Source: an uncultured Gemmatimonadales bacterium
GTDB lineage: Bacteria; Gemmatimonadota; Gemmatimonadetes; Longimicrobiales; RSA9
DNA length: 64,000 bases
Direction of reading: 5' to 3'
Assembly: GCA_963783305.1 (NCBI GenBank)
Contig: CAWAMW010000002.1
Coordinates: 352,001 to 416,000 of the forward strand
Below, one piece after another: positions 37,380 to 46,448 of the stretch. The position numbers and the translations under genes were made by a program. Positions within the stretch are counted from its first letter, which is position 1, and every line of letters starts with the position of its first letter. The notes below the pieces were generated by a model. That model saw only the letters and a program-made list of their open reading frames with translations, did no database searches and was not told the origin of the DNA.

Positions 37380-39680
37380 ATGACACGCGCCATCCCCGGC
37401 CGGCTCGCCGCCGCCGCGATCGCCCTCTGCGCCACCGCGTGCGCCGCCGCCCCCGAGCGCCCGGTACCCGCCACCGATGACCCGCACCTGGCGACCGCCT
37501 ACCGCGTCCTTTCCACCACGCCGCTCATCGATGGCCATAATGACCTGCCCTGGGCGATCCGGACGAACGAGGCCGGTCCCATGGACCTGGCCGCGTACGA
37601 TCTGCGTGGGACCACACCCGGCCAGACCGACATCGAGCGGCTCCGCAAGGGGATGGTGGGAGCCCAGTTCTGGAGCGTTTACGTGCCGCCGCGCGCTGTG
37701 GCCGAGCACGCCGCGGCCCGCATCCAGCTCGAGCAGATCGACCTGGCGAAGCGGATGATCGAGCGGTACCCGGACGTGTTCGAGCTTGCCACCACCCCGG
37801 ACGAGCTGGTGCGGATTTTCGAGGAGGGCCGCATCGCCAGCATGCTGGGCATGGAGGGCGGCCACGCCATCGAGAACTCCCTCGGCGCCCTGCGCGCGTT
37901 CTACGACCTGGGCGCACGGTACATGACCCTGACCCACTCCGCCAACATCGACTGGGCGGACTCCTGCTGCGAGGACCCGGAGCTGGACGGGCTGAGCGGA
38001 TTCGGTCGGGAGGTGGTCCGGGAGATGAACCGACTCGGCATGCTGGTCGACATCTCCCACGTCTCCCCGGCCACCATGAACGACGTGCTGGACGTCTCGC
38101 AGGCGCCCGTCATCTTCACCCACTCCTCGGCCCGCGCCGTCACTGATCACCCCCGGAACGTGCCGGACGACGTGCTCCGACGCGTGGCCGAGAACGATGG
38201 CGTCGTCATGGTCACCTACGTCACCATCTTCGTGAACCAGACGCTCCTCGACTGGTCGGAGCTGCCCGCGGATCAGCGCACAGGGCCGGCGCCGGAGTCG
38301 ACGATGGACGACGTCATTGCGCACCTCGAGCACGTGCGTGATGTGGCCGGGATCGATCACGTGGGGATCGGCGGCGACTTCGATGGCGCCACCATGCCCG
38401 CGGGTCTCGAGGACGTGTCCACGTACCCAGCCCTCTTCGCGGAGCTGAGCCGCCGCGGCTGGTCGGAGTCGGACCTGCGGAAGCTGGCGGGTGAGAACGT
38501 GCTGCGCGTGTGGCGCGAGGCGGAAGCGGTGGCGCGGCGGATCCAGGCGGAGCGCCCGGCCTCAGTGGCCACGATCGGCGAGCTGGACGGCCTGATCGGG
38601 GCGGGTGCCGGGGCGTTCGTGACGCGGCTCGGCGCCGATACGCTCGCGGTGGAGCAGTTCAGCTACACGCCCACCTCTCTCGACGTGCTCGCGGCCGTGC
38701 GAGTGCCCGAGACCCAGCTCCTCCGCTACCGTGGTGAACTGGACCGGGCGGGCAACCTGCGATCGCTCATGGTCCTGGAATACGACCCCACCGATCCACC
38801 CACCGCCGGCGGACAGCCCGTGGGCGGCACCGATTTCACCTTCGGCGAGGACGGGGTGCAGATCGGTGGCATGAACGCACAGGGCGAGTTCGAGTTCACG
38901 GTCGAGACGGGCCCGGAGGCGCTCCCGTTCATCGAGCTGATCCACTGGCCGTTCGAGCTGGCGCTGGTCCGCAGGGCCGCCAGCGCCGGCGACGAGGTGC
39001 CCATGATCGCCGGCCGGCGCGCACTGCCCTTCGGCCTCGTGCCCATCGGCGACGGCCGCATGGAGATCCGCCACCCGTACCGCGGCACGATGGCTGTGGC
39101 CGTGGACGAGGCCGGACACATCCTGAGCCTCGATGCGCGCAGCACCACCCGCAAGCTTACCCTGGAGCGCGTGGAGGACCTGGACGTCGTGGAGCTCGCG
39201 CGGCGGTTCGCCGCACGGGACGCCGAGGGCGCCGGCGTCGGCGCACTGAGCGGGCGAGGTGAGGCCCTGGGTACCATCGGGCGCGCGACCCTCGCCGTGG
39301 ACTACGGCGTACCGAAGAAGCGCGGCCGTGAGATCTTCGGCGCCCTGGTCCCCTTCAGCGAGGTGTGGCGCACCGGTGCGAACCGGGCCACGCACCTGAC
39401 CACGAGCCACGACATCCGGATCGGCGGCGCTCGCGTCCCCGCGGGTAGCTACACCCTCTTCACCATCCCCGGACCGCGGGTGTGGACGCTCATTATCAGC
39501 CGGGCCACCGACATTACCGGAACCGCCTACGACCCCACGCAGGACCTGGCACGCGTCCCCATGGAGGTCCGCTCGCTCGACCGCACCGTCGAGGAATTCA
39601 CGATCGAGGTGGACGAAGGCGGGTTCCTGCGGATGCGCTGGGATGGGACCGAGGCGTACGTGCCCGTCGATCCTCGGTAA
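37380..39680 (+). CDS. Membrane dipeptidase (M19) lipoprotein fused to a C-terminal DUF2911-containing module
   Basis: Lipoprotein-like signal (ALCATAC); M19 motifs IDGHNDLP, MEGGH, TLTH, DISHVS, RNVPD, GIGGDFDG; C-terminal YGVPKKRGREIFGALVPFSEVWRTGAN and VPAGSYTLFTIP (DUF2911). Confidence 0.85.
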   Translation: MTRAIPGRLAAAAIALCATACAAAPERPVPATDDPHLATAYRVLSTTPLIDGHNDLPWAIRTNEAGPMDLAAYDLRGTTPGQTDIERLRKGMVGAQFWSVYVPPRAVAEHAAARIQLEQIDLAKRMIERYPDVFELATTPDELVRIFEEGRIASMLGMEGGHAIENSLGALRAFYDLGARYMTLTHSANIDWADSCCEDPELDGLSGFGREVVREMNRLGMLVDISHVSPATMNDVLDVSQAPVIFTHSSARAVTDHPRNVPDDVLRRVAENDGVVMVTYVTIFVNQTLLDWSELPADQRTGPAPESTMDDVIAHLEHVRDVAGIDHVGIGGDFDGATMPAGLEDVSTYPALFAELSRRGWSESDLRKLAGENVLRVWREAEAVARRIQAERPASVATIGELDGLIGAGAGAFVTRLGADTLAVEQFSYTPTSLDVLAAVRVPETQLLRYRGELDRAGNLRSLMVLEYDPTDPPTAGGQPVGGTDFTFGEDGVQIGGMNAQGEFEFTVETGPEALPFIELIHWPFELALVRRAASAGDEVPMIAGRRALPFGLVPIGDGRMEIRHPYRGTMAVAVDEAGHILSLDARSTTRKLTLERVEDLDVVELARRFAARDAEGAGVGALSGRGEALGTIGRATLAVDYGVPKKRGREIFGALVPFSEVWRTGANRATHLTTSHDIRIGGARVPAGSYTLFTIPGPRVWTLIISRATDITGTAYDPTQDLARVPMEVRSLDRTVEEFTIEVDEGGFLRMRWDGTEAYVPVDPR

Positions 39681-39685
39681 GCCAA

Positions 39686-39737
39686 CGAACATCGACCCTC
39701 GATCTCACGCATCGATCATCGATGCGCTCGATGTTCG
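39686..39737. terminator. Nested hairpin between convergent genes (possible terminator)
   Basis: CGAACATCGA (39686-39695) pairs with TCGATGTTCG (39728-39737) and encloses CGCATCGAT-C-ATCGATGCG. No U-tract. Confidence 0.4.
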
Positions 39738-39742
39738 AACCC

Positions 39743-40633
39743 CTACCGCACCGTCCTGCGCTCGATGACGACCCGTACCGCGCCATCGGACGGCAGGATC
39801 TCTTCACCCCGGCGCCGGGCCAGCACCTGCGTGAGCTCGGCGCCGAAGAAGAAGATCATGGAGGAGTAGTACATCCAGACGAGAATCAGAGCCAGGGACC
39901 CGGCGGCGCCATAGGCGGCGGCGCGCGAGCTCTCGGAGAGGTAGTAGCCCAGGAGGACGTTGCCGACGAGGAAGAGGACCCCGGTGGTCAGCGCGCCCTT
40001 CCAGGCGTCCCGCCAGCGGACGCGCGCGTCCGGGACCACGAAGAAGACGACACCGAACAACAGGGTTGCGGCCATGACGGAGAGGCCGATGCTGCTGAGC
40101 CGGAGCGCGATGTCGGCCAGCGCTTCGGGGAGCAATGCCGCCACGAGATCGCTGTAGACCGAGAGAGCGCCCTGGAGGAGGAGGGAGCCCAGGAGCACGA
40201 TGGCCACGGCCAGGATCATCCCGAAGGACAGTACGCGCTTCATCAGGAAATTGCGCACCCTCCCACCGAGCTTCGGGTCCGGCTCCACTTCCCACACCCG
40301 GTTCAGGCTACCCTGGAGCTGGGAGAACGCGCCGGTCGCCGCGAAGAGCAGCGCCGCCAGTCCCACCACCACCATCACCGCCCCATTAGACCCCGGGCTC
40401 TCGACGTTCATCATGGCTCCCACCTGCCGCGCCGCCTCGGTCCCGATCAACGTCTGGAGCTGTCCCGTGATCTCATCCTGGATCGTGGCGGGATCGGTGA
40501 CGAGACCGGTGATCAGGAGCAGGATGATGAGCAGCGCCGGCAGCGAAAAGACGGTGTAGTACGCCAGGGCCGCGGCCATTCTCGGGCAGTCGTCCCTCAG
40601 GAACTCATTGATCGTCGCTTTGAGGATCTCCAT
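39743..40633 (-). CDS. YihY/virulence factor BrkB family membrane protein
   Basis: MAAALAYYTVFSLP, QLQGSLNRVW, YGAAGSL...WMYYSSMIFFFGAE. ATG 40633 with a GGAG SD. Confidence 0.92.
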   Translation of the reverse strand: MEILKATINEFLRDDCPRMAAALAYYTVFSLPALLIILLLITGLVTDPATIQDEITGQLQTLIGTEAARQVGAMMNVESPGSNGAVMVVVGLAALLFAATGAFSQLQGSLNRVWEVEPDPKLGGRVRNFLMKRVLSFGMILAVAIVLLGSLLLQGALSVYSDLVAALLPEALADIALRLSSIGLSVMAATLLFGVVFFVVPDARVRWRDAWKGALTTGVLFLVGNVLLGYYLSESSRAAAYGAAGSLALILVWMYYSSMIFFFGAELTQVLARRRGEEILPSDGAVRVVIERRTVR

Positions 40634-40647
40634 CGCCGGGGCTCCAA

Positions 40648-40663
40648 TGCAAACCCGGGTCCG
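40648..40663 (-). promoter_or_regulatory. Sigma54-type -24/-12 element
   Basis: CGGACCCGGGTTTGCA, ending 15 nt before ATG 40633. Confidence 0.45.
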
Positions 40664-40718
40664 GCGCCGGACGGTGAGCCGGTTGTATGCCGCTCCCCGT
40701 CCCGCGAGATTCCCCGCC

Positions 40719-41810
40719 ATGGCGAAACGATCCGGTACCGCCGACCTACCGCTCCACGGCGGCAAGGCCCCTCGCTGGCTGTTCGGCCGCATGGAGCGGC
40801 TGGCCCCGGCGGTGGTGGAGGCCATCGTGCTGGAGCACGGCCCGTCGGAGGTGCTGGCGCGGCTCTCTGACCCCTGGTGGTTCCAGGCGTTCGGCTGCGT
40901 CCTCGGCTTCGACTGGCACTCGAGTGGCGTCACCACCACCGTGTGCGGTGCGTTGAAGGCGGGGCTGAAGGGGCGAGAAGCCGATACGGGGATCTGGGTC
41001 GCCGGCGGGAAGGGCAGGACCTCGCGGAAGACGCCGGACGAGCTGCTCGAGATCGGCGGCCGCCTCGGCCTGGACGCCGAACGGCTCGTGTACAACAGCC
41101 GGATGAGCGCCAAGGTGGATTCTGCGGCCGTCCAGGACGGCTTCGGCATCTATCACCATTCCTTCTTCGTTACCGGCGCGGGCGAGTGGGCGGTGGTGCA
41201 GCAGGGCATGCGGCCCCGGGACAAGTCGGCCCGACGCTACCACTGGCTGGGCAGCCGCGTGAACGACATGGTCCGGGAGCCCCACGCCGCCATTGCCAGC
41301 GAGAAGACCGGCCAGATGGTGCTGGACCTCACCGCCGCCGATTCCGGCCGCGCCCGCGATGCCGCCGCGGAGCTCGCCCGGCAGGAGCCCGAGCGCGTGG
41401 CCCGCGAGCTCGACCGGCTGACGGTCCTCGAGATGCCGCGCAACCACGCGGTAGACGTGAAGCGCGACATCGATCCGCGCCACCTGCGAAAGATCATGCT
41501 CTCCACCTATGAGGCCGCGCCCCAGACCTTCGAGGCGCTGCTCGGCGTTCGCGGCGTCGGGCCGAAAGGGGTTCGCTCGCTGGTCCTGCTGGCCGAGCTG
41601 CTGTACGGAACGCCCGCCAGCACACGCGACCCGGCGCGCTTCTCCTTCGCCCACGGCGGCAAGGACGGGCACCCGTACCCCGTGGATCGGGAGGGGTACG
41701 ACCGCTCCATCGAGTATCTGAAGACGGCGGTGGGCCAGGCACGCGTGGGACGCAGCGAGCGCGTCGATGCGCTCAAGCGCCTGGGCCGCTGGGAAGCGGG
41801 GTCGCCCTGA
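40719..41810 (+). CDS. DUF763 domain-containing protein
   Basis: ADLPLHGGKAPRWL, DPWWFQAFGCVLGFDWHSSG, AKVDSAAVQDG, ARRYHW, FAHGGKDGHPYPVD. Confidence 0.88.
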   Translation: MAKRSGTADLPLHGGKAPRWLFGRMERLAPAVVEAIVLEHGPSEVLARLSDPWWFQAFGCVLGFDWHSSGVTTTVCGALKAGLKGREADTGIWVAGGKGRTSRKTPDELLEIGGRLGLDAERLVYNSRMSAKVDSAAVQDGFGIYHHSFFVTGAGEWAVVQQGMRPRDKSARRYHWLGSRVNDMVREPHAAIASEKTGQMVLDLTAADSGRARDAAAELARQEPERVARELDRLTVLEMPRNHAVDVKRDIDPRHLRKIMLSTYEAAPQTFEALLGVRGVGPKGVRSLVLLAELLYGTPASTRDPARFSFAHGGKDGHPYPVDREGYDRSIEYLKTAVGQARVGRSERVDALKRLGRWEAGSP

Positions 41811-43114
41811 GCCGTAAGAGCGCTCCCGGAGACCGGGGCGCGAACCGGGCGGTCATCGCCCTCGGGATCGCCCGCATGGCCGACGCGGTGGCCAACTCCT
41901 TCCTGGTCATCGTCCTCCCGCTTTTCATCGCCAGCGAGAGCGTGGGCGGCACGTCCTGGGGTCTCTCCGACGCGGCCATGACCGGGATGATCCTGGCCAT
42001 CTTCGGCTTCTTCAACGCATTCGCCCAGCCGTTCGCCGGTCGGCTCTCTGATCGCACCGGCCGACGCCGCGTCTTCGTGCTCGGCGGCCTCATCGCGCTG
42101 GCCGCGTTCAACTCCCTCTACATGTTTGCCGGCAGCTACATCGCCCTCTTCCTCATCCGGATCGGACAGGGACTGTCGGTGGCGTTCACGATCGTCGCCG
42201 CCGTCGCGCTGGTGAACGAGCTGAGCACCCGCGCCAACCGTGGGCGCAACATGGGCACATACAACTCGCTCCGGCTCGTGGGCTTCGGCGTGGGTCCGCT
42301 CGTGGCCGGGTTCGTCGTCTCCGGGGGGCCGTACCGAGTGCTGGGCGTCACTTTCACCGGGTTCGACGCCGCGTTCCTCGTCGCCACCGTAGGGGCGCTC
42401 GTCGGCGCCGGACTCGTCGCCCTCATGGTAGACGACCCGGAAACGACCGAGCCCACGGCGGCGCCCCTGCGGCTCGCCATCCGCGCCCACGACGGCGAGC
42501 ACCGCCTCGACCCCATCTTCGCCCTCGGCCTCGTCACCCTGGTCATGGCCGCCTGTATCTCGCTGCTCGGGTCCATCGAGCCCCAGGTGAACGAGAGACT
42601 CGGGCAGGACGCCCGATGGTTCGGCATCCAGTTCGGCGTGTTCATCCTCTCCCTCGCCGCCACGCAGCCGCTCATCGGATCCCTCAGCGACCGCTGGGGC
42701 CGCAAGCCGTTCATCCTCCTCGGCACCCTCCTCCTCGTGCCCACCACGCTCGCGCAGGGACTCGTGACCACCCCCTGGACCATGGTCTTCGCCCGCCTGG
42801 CGCAGGGGATAGCCGGGGCCATGGTCTTCTCCCCTGCCCTCGCCCTCGCCGGCGACCTCGCCCGCCGCGGCGAGTCCGGGCTTCAGCTCTCCATCCTCAC
42901 CATGGCCTTCGGCATAGGCCTCTCCATCGGACAGCTGCTCTCCGGATTCCTCGTAGGGTGGGGCTACGTCGTGCCATTCGCCACGGGCGCCACTCTGGCC
43001 CTCGCCGCCGCCGCACTGGTCCGGACCGAGGTGGAGGAGCCCCCCCGCGAAACCGACAGATCGCCCGGCAAACGGGATGGAACTTGCACCGCCGTAAGCT
43101 CGACCCGAACCTGA
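41807..43114 (+). CDS. MFS transporter
   Basis: GRLSDRTGRR and GSLSDRWGRK motifs, about 12 TMs. The first ATG (41876) falls inside TM1, so the start is probably upstream (CTG 41807). Confidence 0.85.
   Translation: MSRKSAPGDRGANRAVIALGIARMADAVANSFLVIVLPLFIASESVGGTSWGLSDAAMTGMILAIFGFFNAFAQPFAGRLSDRTGRRRVFVLGGLIALAAFNSLYMFAGSYIALFLIRIGQGLSVAFTIVAAVALVNELSTRANRGRNMGTYNSLRLVGFGVGPLVAGFVVSGGPYRVLGVTFTGFDAAFLVATVGALVGAGLVALMVDDPETTEPTAAPLRLAIRAHDGEHRLDPIFALGLVTLVMAACISLLGSIEPQVNERLGQDARWFGIQFGVFILSLAATQPLIGSLSDRWGRKPFILLGTLLLVPTTLAQGLVTTPWTMVFARLAQGIAGAMVFSPALALAGDLARRGESGLQLSILTMAFGIGLSIGQLLSGFLVGWGYVVPFATGATLALAAAALVRTEVEEPPRETDRSPGKRDGTCTAVSSTRT
43073..43088 (+). promoter_or_regulatory. Sigma54-type -24/-12 element
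   Basis: CGGGATGGAACTTGCA, 42 nt upstream of ATG 43130. Confidence 0.4.
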
Positions 43115-43129
43115 GATCCGAGAGAACCC

Positions 43130-43501
43130 ATGCGATTCCTGCTCCGTCTCCTGGCCACCGCCGCCGCCCTCTGGGCCGCGGTCGCGCTGGTCCCCGGCAT
43201 CACCTATACCGGTGGGGTCCTCGAGCTGCTCGGAGTCGCGCTCGTATTCGGCTTCGTCAACGCCGTCATACGGCCGATCCTCAAGCTGCTGACCTGCCCC
43301 CTGGTCGTCCTCACGCTGGGGCTGTTCGTGTTCATCCTGAATGCCTTCCTGCTCTGGCTCACCAGCATGATGGCGCAGGCACTCGGGATCGGCTTCGTCG
43401 TGGAGGGGTTCTGGGCCGCCCTGGTCGGCGCCCTGATCGTCGGGGTCGTCAGCACGGTGCTGAACCTCTTCGTGGGCAAGAAAGAGCGCCGGAAGGACTG
43501 A
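43130..43501 (+). CDS. Phage holin family (YvlD/DUF360) 4-TM membrane protein
   Basis: VNAVIRPILKLLTCPLVVLTLGLFVFILNA, GFWAALVGA. Confidence 0.88.
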   Translation: MRFLLRLLATAAALWAAVALVPGITYTGGVLELLGVALVFGFVNAVIRPILKLLTCPLVVLTLGLFVFILNAFLLWLTSMMAQALGIGFVVEGFWAALVGALIVGVVSTVLNLFVGKKERRKD

Positions 43502-43514
43502 AGCGGTCGCGCTT

Positions 43515-44171
43515 CTATCTCGGCAGCTCGCCGACGATGCCGCCCTGGTCGTCAAGCGCCGGATATTCGGCGCCGCGTCTCCGACAGAGGTCGGCGATCC
43601 GGGGGTAGCCCCACTCGAAGAGGGTACGGAGTGCGGCCGGGTCGTCGAGGGGCGGCCGGTGGTACATGCCCGCCACGGCGCGCTGTCGCTCGGCCTCGTA
43701 GAGGATGACGCCGGCGGCCACGGACACGTTCAGCGACGCAACGGCTCCGCGCATGGGGATCATCACGTGCCGGCCCGCGGCCGCGAGGGCCTCCGGGGTC
43801 AGGCCGTCCAGCTCGGTGCCCAGCAGGAGCGCCGTGGGCCGGGTGTATTCAATGTCCCGATAGTCCACGGAGCCGGGCCCGGGGTGGGCCGCCACGACGT
43901 CCATCCCGAGCTGCCGGAGCGCCGCCAGCGCATCGGTCAGTGAGCCGTGCCGCTCGAGTCGGACGAAGCGGCGGGCGCCCATGGAGTTGCGGGGTCGCTC
44001 GTAGTACCGCTCCCCCGGGACGATATGCACGCGGCCAACCCCCACGGCATCACAGGTGCGGATCACCGCGTTCAGGTTGTGCGGTTTGTGGACCCGGTCC
44101 ATGAGCACGGTGAGGTCGGGCTGGCGTCGTGCCAGGATCTCCCGGAGCCGCCGGTATCGTTCCGGTGTCAT
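43515..44171 (-). CDS. trmH: tRNA (guanosine(18)-2'-O)-methyltransferase TrmH
   Basis: MTPERY...RRQPDLTV, VHKPHNLNAVIRTCDAVG, GTELDG, SLNVSVA, LFEWGYP. Confidence 0.93.
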   Translation of the reverse strand: MTPERYRRLREILARRQPDLTVLMDRVHKPHNLNAVIRTCDAVGVGRVHIVPGERYYERPRNSMGARRFVRLERHGSLTDALAALRQLGMDVVAAHPGPGSVDYRDIEYTRPTALLLGTELDGLTPEALAAAGRHVMIPMRGAVASLNVSVAAGVILYEAERQRAVAGMYHRPPLDDPAALRTLFEWGYPRIADLCRRRGAEYPALDDQGGIVGELPR

Positions 44172-45955
44172 GGCTCCGGGTAGAACCGCCACTGCGCGGC
44201 ATGGTCCCGGTCCAGCTCGAGCCCCAGCAGCCGGGCCCGGACCATCTCCACGGGCATCGGTCCGCCCTGGAGGATGGCGTCGTGGAACTCCCGCTCGGTC
44301 ATGCGACCGGTCTCCACCAGCTCACGCTGCAGCGCCTGGAACTGGAGCCCGCCGAGCATGTACCCGGCCTGGTAGAGCGGGGGGTAGCTGCCATTGAAGG
44401 AGCGCCGTACCTCGGCGGTGGCGTTGGCGCGTTCGTGCCCCACGCGCTCCACCAGGAAATCGATCGCCTCCTCGGCGGTCATGCGCTCCAGGTGGAACGA
44501 CAGGCTGAAGATGATCCGCGCTGCGCGGTGCATCCGCCAGAAGAGCATCCCCACCCGGTCTTCCGGCCCCCGCGGGAATCCCAGGTCCCAGAGCCGGAAC
44601 TCCCAGTACAGCGCGTTGCCCTCGTGCCAGAATGGAGTGCCGAACATCTGCCGGTGCGGATTGTAGCGGTCGTTCATGAAGCCCTGCAGGTGGTGGCCGG
44701 GGATCAACTCGTGGTGCACCACCGCGCGGGCGAAATGCTCGTTGTTGCCCCGCATGCTCATGAGCTTGTCCACGTGCTCCATCCCGGCTGTGGGATAGGA
44801 GACCAGGATCACCTCGCCGCCAAGGAAGAACGGCGCCACCTTCTGCCGCTCGGGCGACATCATCTCCATCCGCCAGACTTCCTCGGCCAGCGGCGGGATG
44901 GTCACCAGGTCGCGCTCCCGGATGAACTCCACGGACTGCTCGTACAGGTCCAGGATCAAGGCCGGCTGCTCACCCGGCGCCACGTGCAGCGTCTTGACGT
45001 ACTCCACGGCCTCGAGCCAGTCGTCGCCGAAGCCCAACTCCCGCGACGCCTCGATCATCCGCGCCTCGCACCACGCGTACTCCCGCTCCGCGATCTCGAT
45101 CAGCTCCGCGGGCGAATAGGGGATCATCTCGTGACGCAGGTCTGCCGCGAGCCCCTCGGCCCCGATGGGGTCGCCGACGATAGGCGGGTCCTCCCCTTCC
45201 TCGTAGCCGACCACCCGTCGTCGCAGGAACGCCTCGTAGCCCTCCAGCGCCGTGTCCAGCGCACGGTACGGCTCCTCCACCCACCAGGTGAAAAGTGGGT
45301 CGTACCCGGCGTGGTACCCGTGCCACCGGTCCAGGGTACGACGCAGCGATGCGGTGGCATCGGCGGCCCGCAGACCCAGGATCGGTGTGGGTCCGGCGCC
45401 CGCGGTCAGTGACGAATCCACCTCCTCCACGACGGCACCCACCTCGTCCTCCAGCCGCGTCAGCTCCTCCGCCACCGTGCGCGGGTCCACCCGCTCCAGC
45501 GCGCGGCGCGACTGGTGGAGCCCCAGGATCGGCTCGGCGAACGGCAGCAGCGGCCGCATTTCCTCCAGCAGCGATTCCTCCCGGGTGAGCTCGCTAAGCT
45601 GGTACTCGACTTCGGTGTCCAGCAGCACCCAGTCCACGCGGCCTTCGACGCCCAGCCGGTCGTAGTCCAGCGATCGCAGCTCGTCCCGCCAACCGTCGTA
45701 GAATGACCGCAGCCGCGCGCGCCGGTTCGCGGACCAGTCCGCGTCATACCGGCGGAACAGCGCGGCCCGATCCCGCGCGAACCGCTCCACAACGCTGACC
45801 ATCTCGCTCCCGGGCATTCCCACCATGGGGACGAGATCCGGCACCGCTGCCTCCTGCGCCGCGGCGGGCATGGCGGGGATTCCGGTGGCCATCGCGATGG
45901 CCAGGAACGCGACGAGAACGATTGGCGCTCGCGCGCTGACAGGGATACACGACAT
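44168..45955 (-). CDS. DUF885 family protein (secreted, metallopeptidase-like)
   Basis: Signal peptide ending PAAAQ; HHELIPGHHLQ, EGNALYWE, YMLG, FHDAIL. Start at 45955 or 46054. Confidence 0.85.
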   Translation of the reverse strand: MSCIPVSARAPIVLVAFLAIAMATGIPAMPAAAQEAAVPDLVPMVGMPGSEMVSVVERFARDRAALFRRYDADWSANRRARLRSFYDGWRDELRSLDYDRLGVEGRVDWVLLDTEVEYQLSELTREESLLEEMRPLLPFAEPILGLHQSRRALERVDPRTVAEELTRLEDEVGAVVEEVDSSLTAGAGPTPILGLRAADATASLRRTLDRWHGYHAGYDPLFTWWVEEPYRALDTALEGYEAFLRRRVVGYEEGEDPPIVGDPIGAEGLAADLRHEMIPYSPAELIEIAEREYAWCEARMIEASRELGFGDDWLEAVEYVKTLHVAPGEQPALILDLYEQSVEFIRERDLVTIPPLAEEVWRMEMMSPERQKVAPFFLGGEVILVSYPTAGMEHVDKLMSMRGNNEHFARAVVHHELIPGHHLQGFMNDRYNPHRQMFGTPFWHEGNALYWEFRLWDLGFPRGPEDRVGMLFWRMHRAARIIFSLSFHLERMTAEEAIDFLVERVGHERANATAEVRRSFNGSYPPLYQAGYMLGGLQFQALQRELVETGRMTEREFHDAILQGGPMPVEMVRARLLGLELDRDHAAQWRFYPEP

Positions 45956-46053
45956 TGCGACTCCGATGATCTCCGAGTGGCTTGCTGAGAGAAGCCGGGA
46001 CGCGCGAGGAGCGGCGCGACCTTCGGTCAGTATCGATGTTCGGAACGGGCTCA

Positions 46054-46371
46054 TCAAGGACTCCGCCTCAGGGCACCCGCTCCGCGGCGGATTGCCCCCG
46101 CCAGCAGCATGACCGAGACCGAGGCCGCAGCGACGCTCTCGGCCTTTCGGTACCCGAAATGATAGCGCTCGTCCGGCTCCCGCCCCGCCGCCGAGAGGGC
46201 GCGCCACACGATGAGCGAGGAGAAGATGTCCAGAGACGACTCCACGCCATCCGCAACCAGCGCGTACGAGTGCCCCACCAGCCCGGTGATCACCTTCACC
46301 GCCACCATGACCGCGTTCACGCCCAGCGCCAGCCGGGCCGCGCCGATCCCGCGCCGCGTCCGCTCGTCCAC
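46054..46371 (-). pseudogene. Truncated cation diffusion facilitator (FieF-like), TM1-3 only
   Basis: KVITGLVGHSYALVADGVESSLD...PDERYHFGYRKAE, then the frame ends after about 105 aa; full CDFs are about 300 aa. Confidence 0.75.
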
Positions 46372-46448
46372 GGGCGCAACGTAACATCCGCCCAGCCAGC
46401 AGGGGACCGCGTCTTGACGGAACGCCCCCACGGCCGTCTGTTCCCGCG

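Noticed and set aside
43130..43501. Prophage suggested by a holin-family gene
   Set aside because: YvlD/DUF360 genes are common chromosomal genes; no endolysin, structural or integrase genes are nearby.
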